From NCBI GenBank assembly GCA_021286735.1, contig JAJTBU010000001.1, positions 1-34,466 of the forward strand: a stretch of 34,466 bases of DNA, read 5' to 3'. This DNA is from a bacterium. GTDB taxonomy: Bacteria > Spirochaetota > Spirochaetia > Treponematales > Rectinemataceae. The notes under the pieces are model-generated. The model was not told where the DNA came from and searched no databases. It saw only the letters and a list, made by a program, of their open reading frames with translations. The stretch's first letter is position 1, and the number at the start of each line of letters is the position of its first letter. Positions 18,836 to 27,110 of this stretch are shown piece after piece. The position numbers and the translations under genes are program-made.

Positions 18836-20296
18836 ATGGATAAAAGAACGAAAATCGTCGCGACCACCGGTCCCGCCTCCGAATCGCCCGACATGATCCG
18901 CGACATGATCCGCGAGGGCGTCGACGTGTTCCGCCTCAATTTCTCCCACAAGAGCTACGAGGAGGCCGACAGGGCCGTCGCGATGATCCGCGAGGCCCGC
19001 AGGGAGCTCGGCGTTCCCGTGGCGATCATGGCCGACATCAAGGGCCCCGCGCTGCGCCTCTACGGCTACAGGGAAAAACTGCCGATCAAGGCCGGCGACA
19101 TCCTGACGATCGAGAGCCGCGATCCCGCGGGCATCGAGGCCGCCGTCTCCGAGGAGCCGGGGCGGGTCTACACTAACCTTCCCGATATCGACCGGATCTG
19201 CTCGCCGGGGCAGAAGGTGATCCTGATGGACGGCTACTTCGCCGGCAGCGTGGTCAAGCGCGGATCGAAATCCGTGGCGGTGCGGATCGACAACGACGGC
19301 GAGCTGCGCCCCAAGGCCCATCTCACCATTCCCGGCGCCGACTACCCGATCCCCTTCCTCTCCGACAAGGACATCGCCGACATCCACTGGGCCGTGGGCG
19401 CCGACATCGACTACGTCGCCCTGTCCTTCGTGCGCTGCGCCACCGACATCGAGGAGGTGCGCCGCCTCGTCCAGCGCGCTTCGGTGGCCTCGGGCAAGCG
19501 CAGCGCGGTCAAGCTGATCGCGAAGATCGAGTCGGCGCGCGGGCTCGCCAACGTCGACGAGATCATCCGCGAGGCCGACGGCATCATGGTCGCCCGCGGC
19601 GACATGGGCGTCGAGATGCCGATCGAGACGGTGCCCATCGCGCAGAAGAGCATCATCCGCAAGGGCTACCTCGCGGCCAAGCCCGTGATCACCGCCACGC
19701 AGATGCTCGAGTCGATGATCGAGAATCCCCTGCCGACGCGGGCCGAGGCCTCCGATGTCGCCAACGCCTGCTTCGACTCGACGAGCGCCGTCATGCTCTC
19801 CGGCGAGACCGCGATGGGCAAGTACCCCGTCCAGGTCGTGCGCACCATGCGCTCGATCATCGACGCCGTCGAGAAGCAGTTCGACTACGTCGACTTCCAC
19901 CACGACATCCCGCCCGAGGTGAAGACCGGCGACATCCCCGCGATCATGTCGTACAACGCGGTGTCGGTGGCCTACCTCTGCAACGCGAAGGCCCTCATCG
20001 TGCTGACCGAGACCGGCCACGCGGCGCGGCTTCTCTCGCGCCTGCGCCCGCGAATGCCCATCTACGCCTTCCTCAGCGACGAGCGCCTTTTCCACCAGCT
20101 GGCGCTCAACTGGGGCGTGCGCCCCTTCATGCACAGCGGCACGGGCACCAGGCTCGACGCCGTCGTCGACGAGGCCATCGCCATCTGCAAGCGCGCCAAG
20201 CTTCTCTCCGAGGGCGACAAGGTCGTCATCATCGCGGGCCTGCCCCTCGCGCAGCAGGGCTCCACCAACATGATCCGCGTGGAGACGATACAATGA
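18836..20296 (+). CDS. pyk: Pyruvate kinase
   Basis: Motifs RTKIVATTGPAS, MVARGDMGVE and TATQMLESM. Confidence 0.95.
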   Translation: MDKRTKIVATTGPASESPDMIRDMIREGVDVFRLNFSHKSYEEADRAVAMIREARRELGVPVAIMADIKGPALRLYGYREKLPIKAGDILTIESRDPAGIEAAVSEEPGRVYTNLPDIDRICSPGQKVILMDGYFAGSVVKRGSKSVAVRIDNDGELRPKAHLTIPGADYPIPFLSDKDIADIHWAVGADIDYVALSFVRCATDIEEVRRLVQRASVASGKRSAVKLIAKIESARGLANVDEIIREADGIMVARGDMGVEMPIETVPIAQKSIIRKGYLAAKPVITATQMLESMIENPLPTRAEASDVANACFDSTSAVMLSGETAMGKYPVQVVRTMRSIIDAVEKQFDYVDFHHDIPPEVKTGDIPAIMSYNAVSVAYLCNAKALIVLTETGHAARLLSRLRPRMPIYAFLSDERLFHQLALNWGVRPFMHSGTGTRLDAVVDEAIAICKRAKLLSEGDKVVIIAGLPLAQQGSTNMIRVETIQ

Positions 20297-20997
20297 CCAT
20301 CCCCAGCATCGAGGAGATACTCCGGCAGGACGTGGAATTCCTGCGCAAATGCCCGCACGCCGACGACTGCGCGTCCTGCTCCGAGGAAGTCTGCGTCATG
20401 GTGGCCTCGGTGGCCGACTTCCCCTCGGAGTACGGCCATTTCTCCATCATCGGCTTCGTGAACAACAAGGACGGCAAGGACCACATCGTCATCCTGAAGG
20501 GCGACATCGGCGACGGCGAGAACCTCCTGGTCAGGCTGCACTCCGCCTGCCTGACCGGCGACGCCCTGGGCAGCATGCGCTGCGATTGCGGCCCGCAGCT
20601 CCATCGCGCCCTTCAGCGCATCGAGGCCGAGGGGCGGGGAGCAGTCCTCTACCACCAGGCCGAGGGGCGGGGTATCGGGCTCGTGAACAAGCTGCGCGCC
20701 TACGCCTTGCAGGACGCGGGATACGATACCTACGACGCCAACCTCGTCCTCGGATTCGCCGCCGACGCGCGCGACTACGCCATCCCGGCCGCGATGCTCA
20801 GGAAACTGGGCGTCAAGAGCATCCGCATGATGACGAACAATCCGGAGAAGGTCATTGAAATGGAGAAGCACGGGGTCAGGGTCTCCGAGCGCGTCAGGCA
20901 CGAGCTGCCCGCCCAGGAACACGACCGCGCTTACCTGGAGACCAAGCGGGAGCGCTTCGGCCATTTCCTCGAGCTCGACCACGGCGACCGCGAATAG
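20293..20997 (+). CDS. ribA: GTP cyclohydrolase II (stand-alone RibA) with a 35-aa Cys-rich N-terminal extension
   Basis: Zn site RLHSACLTGDALGSMRCDCG, plus EGRGIGL and NNPEK. ATG 20293 overlaps the pyk stop (ATGA) and has a GGAGA SD. An alternative internal start at ATG 20398 (GAGGAAG SD) would give a canonical-length RibA. Confidence 0.85.
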   Translation: MTIPSIEEILRQDVEFLRKCPHADDCASCSEEVCVMVASVADFPSEYGHFSIIGFVNNKDGKDHIVILKGDIGDGENLLVRLHSACLTGDALGSMRCDCGPQLHRALQRIEAEGRGAVLYHQAEGRGIGLVNKLRAYALQDAGYDTYDANLVLGFAADARDYAIPAAMLRKLGVKSIRMMTNNPEKVIEMEKHGVRVSERVRHELPAQEHDRAYLETKRERFGHFLELDHGDRE

Positions 20998-21040
20998 CGA
21001 AAACATTCGACTCGAGGAGGCGCCCGGCCGATACTAGGGT

Positions 21041-22183
21041 ATGGACCTCCGGGTAACCCTCGCGCTCCTCGCGGGCGCCCAATTCCTCGCCATCATCGGG
21101 CTCGCCGCCTATCGAGGCAAACATGGCGACAGGGCTATGTTCGACCACCTGATCGCACAGCTCATCGCGCTCGCCTCCACCATCGCCTTCCTCAAGGGAG
21201 TGATTTTCTCCCTCGCGCCTCTCGTCGTCGCGGGCGGCATGCTCCTGCTCGCCTGGCTGCATGTCGAATCGCTGGCCCTGCTCGGCCTCGCCGGGCTGCT
21301 CGGTCAGAAGCACAAGGAGCAGTCGCGAGTCGTCGCGCTGGCCGGCATGGTCTTCTACGGCCTCGCCTCCGCCATCGTCAACTCCGCCGCCTTCGGCGCC
21401 GCCATCCTGGCATCGGCCGCCACGGTCGTCATCGCCATTCCCGCCTTCCTGATCCTGCGCAACCCGGGCAGAAGCCTGCTGGACTCCTGGCTCTGCGCGC
21501 TGCTGGCCGCCTTCGCGGCGAGTTTTATAGCTCGCGCGGCCGGAGCGCTCGGGGCGGGCGCGGCTTTCGTACCCTTCGGTCCCGGCGCGGGCGAGGAGCT
21601 CTTCGCGGCGGGGCTCCTTCTCTTCTTCGTCGGCGAAGGTATCGCCGTCCTCCTCGCGGCGAAGGAGAAGATCGATCTCCGCATCCTCAATCTGGCCCAC
21701 ACCGACGCCATGACGGGCGTGCTGAACCGGAGCGGCTTCATCGACGGCATGGCGTCGGCGACCGGGAAGGCCTCCTACGACAACGAGGCCTTTTCGATGC
21801 TGCTCGTCGAGATTGACGGCCTCGGCGCCATCAACGAGGCGAGGGGCTACGAGGCGGGCGACGCTGTCATTCTGTCGAGCGTCAGAACGCTGGAATCGAT
21901 CATGGACAAGAAAGGCTTCGTCGGGCGCGTGAGCGGCGACGAATTCGCCGCCTACGCGGCGGGGATGGATTCGCGCCGGCTCAGGTCTCTTGTCCTGCAG
22001 CTGCGGTCGGCCTTGCGGGGCGTCGACGCGGGCATGGAGTACAGCTCCACTATCGGCGCCATCGCGATCGACTCGCCGACAGGCAAGGACCTGCGCTACG
22101 AGACGCTGTACGCGGCCTGCTCGGATTCCCTCAAAGCGGCCAAGCGAAAAGGCCTCTTCGAGGCGGTCGTGGGCATCGCCTGA
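21041..22183 (+). CDS. Membrane-bound GGDEF-domain protein (divergent SGDEF diguanylate cyclase-like)
   Basis: About 210 aa of hydrophobic N-terminal helices, then DAMTGVLNRSGF...VEIDGLGAINEARGYEAGD...RVSGDEF (SGDEF at 21932-21946). Confidence 0.8.
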   Translation: MDLRVTLALLAGAQFLAIIGLAAYRGKHGDRAMFDHLIAQLIALASTIAFLKGVIFSLAPLVVAGGMLLLAWLHVESLALLGLAGLLGQKHKEQSRVVALAGMVFYGLASAIVNSAAFGAAILASAATVVIAIPAFLILRNPGRSLLDSWLCALLAAFAASFIARAAGALGAGAAFVPFGPGAGEELFAAGLLLFFVGEGIAVLLAAKEKIDLRILNLAHTDAMTGVLNRSGFIDGMASATGKASYDNEAFSMLLVEIDGLGAINEARGYEAGDAVILSSVRTLESIMDKKGFVGRVSGDEFAAYAAGMDSRRLRSLVLQLRSALRGVDAGMEYSSTIGAIAIDSPTGKDLRYETLYAACSDSLKAAKRKGLFEAVVGIA

Positions 22184-22192
22184 GGTTGGGCG

Positions 22193-22855
22193 ATGCCGAA
22201 CTCCGCTTTTCCTGTCCCCCTCGGTCCGGCGCGCGCCGAGATCGTCGTCGTCAATTCGCGCTTCATCGCGAGCCTCGATTACGTCGAGTCCGCGCGGGAC
22301 GCCCGCGCCTTCATCGCTCGGATCAGGGACGAGTTCCCCGATGCGACGCACAACGTTCCCGCCTTCATCGCGGGAGGCGGCGCCTCGCGCCTCGAATTCT
22401 GCTCCGACGACGGCGAGCCCTCGGGCACGTCAGGAAGGCCTCTCCTCGCCGTGCTGCGCGGCTCGGGCCTCGGCGACGTGGCGGTGGTGGTCACGCGGTA
22501 TTTCGGCGGAACGTTGCTCGGCACCGGCGGGCTCGTGAAGGCCTATTCGGAGGCGGGCAGACGGGTGATAGCCCTCGCCGCGCGGGCGGAACTCGCCGAA
22601 CTCAGCGCCGTGCGCCTCGAAATTCCCTATCAGCTGTTTGACGCTTTCAGGCAGGGGCTTCCCGGCTTCGGCGGCTCCGTCGCGAAAGAGGATTTCGCGG
22701 AGACCGTGAGGCTCGAGGCCGAGCTGCCCTCCGATGAAGTTGTGCGATTTAGGTCCTGGCTCGCCGACCTCAGCTCCGGCGGCGCCGGCTTCGAGGTCCT
22801 TGGCTCGAGGATGGCCCGCCGTCCCTTACCAGGCAACGCGGCCCCGAGCCGATGA
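22193..22855 (+). CDS. yigZ: YigZ/IMPACT-family (UPF0029) protein
   Basis: Motifs SRFIASL, HNVPAF, DDGEPSGTSGRPLL and VVVTRYFGGTLLGTGGLVKAY. Confidence 0.85.
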   Translation: MPNSAFPVPLGPARAEIVVVNSRFIASLDYVESARDARAFIARIRDEFPDATHNVPAFIAGGGASRLEFCSDDGEPSGTSGRPLLAVLRGSGLGDVAVVVTRYFGGTLLGTGGLVKAYSEAGRRVIALAARAELAELSAVRLEIPYQLFDAFRQGLPGFGGSVAKEDFAETVRLEAELPSDEVVRFRSWLADLSSGGAGFEVLGSRMARRPLPGNAAPSR

Positions 22856-24761
22856 GATCGCGGCGGCCGGCCAGGGCGAGAGCTTCCCGCACGAGGTCCG
22901 CGTTGGCCGGCGCCTTGAACTGGAGGAGGGCGCGCTGCATGGCGCGCTCGTGCGCGCCCTTGGCCACGTAGACGGGCGAGCCGTCCAGGGGGTTCCTCTC
23001 GCACCAGTACATCGCGGTGGCGAGGGTTCCCGGCGTGGGATAGAAGTCCTGGGCCTGGTCGGGCACGAAGCCCGCGCCGCGCAGGTATTCGGCCAGCTCG
23101 ATCGCCTCGGCGAGACCCGAGCCCGGGTGGGCCGAGATGAAATAGGGAACGAGATATTGCTTGAGCCCGGCCTCGCGGTTCAGTGTCGCATAACGCTCGG
23201 CGAAAGCGTCGTAGGCGCGCCGCGGCGGCTTGCCCATCAGCGCGAGGACCTTGTCGGAGACATGCTCGGGGGCCACCTTGAGCTGCCCCGAGATGTGGTG
23301 GGCCACCAGCTCGCGCAGGAATTCGTCGCTCCCGTCCAGCATGGCGTAATCGAAGCGGACGCCCGAGCGCACGAAGACTTTTTTGACGCCGGGCAGGGCG
23401 CGCAGCTCGCGCAGGAGCCGCACGTATTCGGCGTGGTCCGGCTCTAGGTTGGGGCAGGGCTCGGGCGCCAGGCAGCGGCGGTCCAGGCAGGCCCCGCGCT
23501 TCTCCATCTTCTCGCAGGCGGCGCGCCGGAAATTGGCGGTGGGACCGCCGACATCGTGGATGTAGCCCTTGAACTCGGGGTCGGCGACCAGTTCGCGCGC
23601 CTCCGCGACGATGGCGCCGACGCTGCGCGAGGTCACCTTGCGCCCCTGGTGGAAGGTGAGGGCGCAGAAGGAGCAGGCGCCGAAGCAGCCGCGCGACGAG
23701 AGGAGGGAGAACTGCACCTCGGCGAGGGCGGGCACGCCACCCCAGGCTTCGTACATCGGGTGGGCCCGCCGCGCGAAGGGGAGGGCGTAGACTCTGTCGA
23801 GCTCGCCGCGCTCGAGGGGGGCCGCCGGCTTCTCCTGGATCACGATCCTGTCGCCGTAGGGCTCGACCAGGACCCGCGCCGTGCGCGAGTCGGTGCTGCG
23901 GTACTGGGCCGCGAAGGAAGCCGCGTAGGCGCGCTTGGAGGCTGGGTCGGCGCCGGAGATCGCCGAAAAGTCGGGAAGGAGTTCGGCGCCGGGGAATGAT
24001 TCGTCGACTACTTGAGCCGCCGGCGCCGCGCCGATGTGGCGCGCCCAGACGGTGCCTGGGATGCCCGAGAGGTCGGGCTTGGGCGCGCGCCGGCGGTTGG
24101 AATCGGCGGCTGCCGCGCCGGACCCTGCTGCTGCTTCGATGGCGGCCGCCGCGGCGAGGCGCTCCATGATCTCAGGAATCTGCCGCTCGCCCATGCCGTA
24201 GACGAGGATGTCGGCCTTGGCGTCGAGGAGGATGGACTTGCGCACGGCGTCGGACCAATAGTCGTAGTGGGCGAGTCGCCGCAGGCTGGCCTCGAGGCCG
24301 CCGATCACGACGGGAACGCCCTTGAACGCCTGCCTGCACATGGTCGAATAAGCGATGATAGCGCGGTCGGGCCTCGCGTTGGGCCGCTTCGCGATTCCCT
24401 GCCCGATGCTCCCGTCGGCGCGCATGCAGAGCGCCTTGTTTCCGCCGGGCGCGTAGTCGTCCTCGGAGCGGGGCTTTTTATTGGCAGTATAGGTTGAGAC
24501 CATCGAGTCGACCGCTCCCGAAGTGACGAGGAAGGCGAGCCTGGGGCGCCCGAAGAGGCGGAACGCCTCGACATCGTCGGGGTCGGGGCGCGCGAGAATG
24601 GCGACCTTGTATCCCGCGTCCGCCAGGACTCGGCCGATGATGGCGGCCCCGAAGGAGGCGTGGTCGACGTAGGCGTCGCCCGTGACGATGACGGCGTCGA
24701 GGTCGCCGGGACGGAACCCCGCGGCGGCGATGTCGGCGAGGGTTGCGGGAAGGAAGCGCAT
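22770..24761 (-). CDS. YgiQ-family (UPF0313) radical SAM protein
   Basis: N-terminal VIVTGDAYVDHASFG. CX3CX2C in RGCFGACSFCALTFHQG. It overlaps the yigZ 3' end by 86 bp. Confidence 0.85.
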   Translation of the reverse strand: MRFLPATLADIAAAGFRPGDLDAVIVTGDAYVDHASFGAAIIGRVLADAGYKVAILARPDPDDVEAFRLFGRPRLAFLVTSGAVDSMVSTYTANKKPRSEDDYAPGGNKALCMRADGSIGQGIAKRPNARPDRAIIAYSTMCRQAFKGVPVVIGGLEASLRRLAHYDYWSDAVRKSILLDAKADILVYGMGERQIPEIMERLAAAAAIEAAAGSGAAAADSNRRRAPKPDLSGIPGTVWARHIGAAPAAQVVDESFPGAELLPDFSAISGADPASKRAYAASFAAQYRSTDSRTARVLVEPYGDRIVIQEKPAAPLERGELDRVYALPFARRAHPMYEAWGGVPALAEVQFSLLSSRGCFGACSFCALTFHQGRKVTSRSVGAIVAEARELVADPEFKGYIHDVGGPTANFRRAACEKMEKRGACLDRRCLAPEPCPNLEPDHAEYVRLLRELRALPGVKKVFVRSGVRFDYAMLDGSDEFLRELVAHHISGQLKVAPEHVSDKVLALMGKPPRRAYDAFAERYATLNREAGLKQYLVPYFISAHPGSGLAEAIELAEYLRGAGFVPDQAQDFYPTPGTLATAMYWCERNPLDGSPVYVAKGAHERAMQRALLQFKAPANADLVREALALAGRRDLIGSGPRCLVRDGGPSSSQGPRSRRRRS

Positions 24762-24768
24762 GGGATGA

Positions 24769-24774
24769 AGTATA
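24769..24774 (-). promoter_or_regulatory. -10-like TATACT 7 nt upstream of the ygiQ-like ATG (leaderless geometry)
   Basis: The minus strand reads ...CGCTATACTTCATCCC-ATG. There is no SD. Confidence 0.3.
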
Positions 24775-24855
24775 GCGTTTCGGCCCGCGCCCTTCTACGT
24801 CCCGCCAAAGGACAGGTCCCGTCGGGTATATTGCGCGCGGCGCCTTCTCCGGGCG

Positions 24856-26028
24856 ATGATCGGGGATATGAAGCGCACCATCCGCGCGACGTTGCCCGTC
24901 AGGGCGCTGGCCTTCCTCGCGCTGGCGCTGATCGCCCTGTCCGCCTGCGCCGCGGCCGGCTTTCCCGCGCCGACCGCGGGGCCGAAATATATTTTCCTCT
25001 TCATCGGCGACGGCATGGGCGAAAACCACGTCGCGGCCGCGCAGCTCTACGCGGCCACGCCCGAGGCCGCGGCCAGGGGCATCTCGCCGCTGAGGTTCCC
25101 TACCTTTCCCGTGCGCGGCGAAATCACGACCCACAACCTGTCTCGGGGCGTCACCGATTCGGCGGCGGCGGCCACTGCCCTCGCCTCGGGGCGCAAGACG
25201 GCGAACGGCGTCCTCAACATGGACTCGAAGGCGACCGAGCGCTACGCGATCATCACCGACCTGGCGGCGGCCAGGGGGCGGCGCGTGGGCATCGTCACGA
25301 GCGTCTCCCTGGACCACGCGACGCCGGCGGGTTTCTACGCTTTCGCGGCCGCGCGCGACGACTACTATTCGATCGCGCTCCAGCTCGCCGCGCGGGATTT
25401 CGACTACTTCGGCGGCGGCGGCTTCCTGTCCCCGCGCGGCGGCAAAGGCAACAAGCCGGACGCCCTCGCCCTCGCGGCGGCCAATGGATTCACGGTCGCG
25501 CGCACTAGGGCGGCGTTCGCGGCCCTCGCGCCGGGCGTCGGCCGCGCGATCGCCGTCGGCGAAAAGCTCGGCGACGGCCAGGCTCTCCCCTATGCCGCCG
25601 ACCGCGCTCCGGGGGATCTCGCCCTGGCCGATTTCGTCGCCAAGGGCGTCGAGCTTCTCGACGGAGCCGGCGGCTTCTTCATGATGGCGGAGGGCGGCAA
25701 GATCGACTGGGCGAGCCACGACAACGACGCGCGCCTCATGCTGCCCGAAGTCGCCGACCTGGACCGGGCGGTGGGCGTCGCCGTCGCTTTCCAGGCGGCC
25801 CACCCCGGCGACACGCTCATCGTCGTGACGAGCGATCACGAGACCGGCGGCCTCGCGATCGCCGGCGGCGAGGGCTTCGACTGGGCCCGGCTTTCCTGGT
25901 CGACGGGCGGGCACACGGGCGCCAGAGTCGCCGTGTTCGCGTCGGGAGTCGGCCAGGAACTCTTCGCCGGCTCCTACGACAACACGGGCATCTTCGAAAG
26001 GCTCAAGGCGCTCATCGAGGCGGAATAG
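24856..26028 (+). CDS. Alkaline phosphatase (PhoA superfamily), predicted lipoprotein
   Basis: Motifs FIGDGMG, VTDSAAAATA (catalytic Ser), SDHETGG and GGHTG. Lipobox LSAC. The alternative start at ATG 24868 (MKRTIRA) is equally plausible. Confidence 0.85.
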   Translation: MIGDMKRTIRATLPVRALAFLALALIALSACAAAGFPAPTAGPKYIFLFIGDGMGENHVAAAQLYAATPEAAARGISPLRFPTFPVRGEITTHNLSRGVTDSAAAATALASGRKTANGVLNMDSKATERYAIITDLAAARGRRVGIVTSVSLDHATPAGFYAFAAARDDYYSIALQLAARDFDYFGGGGFLSPRGGKGNKPDALALAAANGFTVARTRAAFAALAPGVGRAIAVGEKLGDGQALPYAADRAPGDLALADFVAKGVELLDGAGGFFMMAEGGKIDWASHDNDARLMLPEVADLDRAVGVAVAFQAAHPGDTLIVVTSDHETGGLAIAGGEGFDWARLSWSTGGHTGARVAVFASGVGQELFAGSYDNTGIFERLKALIEAE

Positions 26029-26095
26029 GCCGGGAACCGCGCGGCGGCGGGCCGGAGCGGCCTCTTCCCGCCCTTCCCCGCGGCGCCCTTCGCGG

Positions 26096-26959
26096 TCAAG
26101 CCTGCGGGGCCGTCCTCTCGGCGACCTTCGCCGCGAAGGCGAGCGCCGCGACGGCCGTATCCGGCGACGCGTTCTCCAGCAGCACGTCGATGCCCGGCTT
26201 GCGAGCCTGGAGGAGGCGGAACAGGGCGTCGAAGTCGAAGATGCCCGTTCCAGCTGCGGCGCCTTCGGTCTTCTTTCCGTCGATCACGCGGTAATCCTTG
26301 GCGTGCACGGCCACGATCCTGTCGCCGAAGGCATCCATGGCCTCCGCGAGGAAATCGGCGTGGTCGCGCTCGCCGAGGCCCTCCCGAGGGATGATGTTGA
26401 CCGGATCGAAGATGATGCCCAGGGCCGGCGAATCGACGCGGTCGAGGAGCCGGGCTGTCCTCCCTATCGTGGAGAGCGTGTGCTGCCAGGCCACGGGCTC
26501 GATGCCGACGATGGCCCCGCAGCGCTCGGCGACGCGCGCGAGCCGCTCGACCGAGGCGCAGAGCCGGTCGAACACCGCCTCGTCCTGGGTTCCGGGATTG
26601 TAGGAACAGTCGGGGTTCAGGGAGCCTGTCTCCGTGCCGACGACGGCGCAGCCGAAGTCGCGGGCGTATCGCAGATGCTCCTCGAAGCGCTCGAGCTGGC
26701 GTCCGCGCTCGGCTTCGTCGGGGTGGACGGGGTTAATGTAGCAGCCGAGCACCGCTATGCCGATGTCCCTGGCCTCGAAGGCGCGGCGGACGCGCCTGGC
26801 GTAGCCGGGGCTCAGGAATCCCCCGCTTTTCGGCGTGTCGGGGAAGGCTTTCGTCAGAGCCAGCTGGATGCAGGCGGGGCCGTACGCCCGGAGGACGTCG
26901 GCAAGCCGCTCGGCGGGGAATTGCCCGAAATCGTGGGCGCGAAGTCCGAATTGCAGCAT
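26096..26959 (-). CDS. Sugar-phosphate isomerase/epimerase-like TIM-barrel protein (xylose isomerase-like / AP_endonuc_2 fold)
   Basis: By-eye resemblance to the family (a beta/alpha pattern, the AVHAKD motif, conserved acidic residues). The substrate is unknown. Confidence 0.7.
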   Translation of the reverse strand: MLQFGLRAHDFGQFPAERLADVLRAYGPACIQLALTKAFPDTPKSGGFLSPGYARRVRRAFEARDIGIAVLGCYINPVHPDEAERGRQLERFEEHLRYARDFGCAVVGTETGSLNPDCSYNPGTQDEAVFDRLCASVERLARVAERCGAIVGIEPVAWQHTLSTIGRTARLLDRVDSPALGIIFDPVNIIPREGLGERDHADFLAEAMDAFGDRIVAVHAKDYRVIDGKKTEGAAAGTGIFDFDALFRLLQARKPGIDVLLENASPDTAVAALAFAAKVAERTAPQA

Positions 26960-26965
26960 GGGTCC

Positions 26966-26995
26966 ACTTTAGCCCCAATGGCGGGCGCGTGTAAA
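26966..26995 (-). promoter_or_regulatory. Sigma70-like promoter TTTACA-N18-TAAAGT. The -10 ends 6 nt before ATG 26959 (leaderless geometry).
   Basis: The minus strand reads TTTACA (26995-26990), an 18-nt spacer, TAAAGT (26971-26966), then GGACCC-ATG. Confidence 0.45.
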
Positions 26996-27072
26996 CGAAG
27001 CCGCGCCGCGGCAGCGGCGGCGGGCGCGGCCCGTAGGAGCCGCGCCTCATCGCCAGCGGCTCCACGCGGCCC

Positions 27073-27101
27073 TTTTGCGGAAAATCCCGCCGCGCTATAG
27101 T
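27073..27101 (+). promoter_or_regulatory. Candidate promoter TTTTGC-N17-TATAGT, 9 nt upstream of ATG 27111
   Basis: TATAGT at 27096-27101. There is no SD before the ATG. Confidence 0.35.
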
Positions 27102-27110
27102 GGGCCCAGC

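Noticed and set aside
18257-20293. A 678-aa ORF antisense to the NUDIX and pyruvate kinase genes.
   Set aside because: It is antisense to an unmistakable pyk gene. Its composition is low-complexity (Gly/Arg/Asp/Val-rich, mirroring the sense codons), and it has no recognisable motifs.
20297-20397. A possible FMN riboswitch or leader upstream of the canonical RibA core.
   Set aside because: The stretch is an open frame continuous with ribA and has a strong G/C third-position bias. It has an ATGA overlap and an SD at 20293. I could read no FMN-riboswitch-like conserved stems.
20894-22351. A 485-aa ORF antisense to the GGDEF gene. Similar antisense or off-frame ORFs occur at 243-1481, 2541-3662, 9843-11447, 14014-15135, 16451-17803, 16975-18165, 24478-25914 and 27970-29100.
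   Set aside because: All overlap genes with strong family motifs, and all have the skewed Arg/Gly/Pro/Asp composition expected from non-coding frames of high-GC3 genes.
26960-27072. Two 8-bp GC stems (GCCGCGCC...GGCGCGGC and GGAGCCGC...GCGGCTCC) in the divergent intergenic region, considered as a riboswitch or sRNA.
   Set aside because: The region is short and of simple GC composition. It resembles no RNA family I know, and it lies upstream of both putative -10 elements, so it is probably not transcribed.
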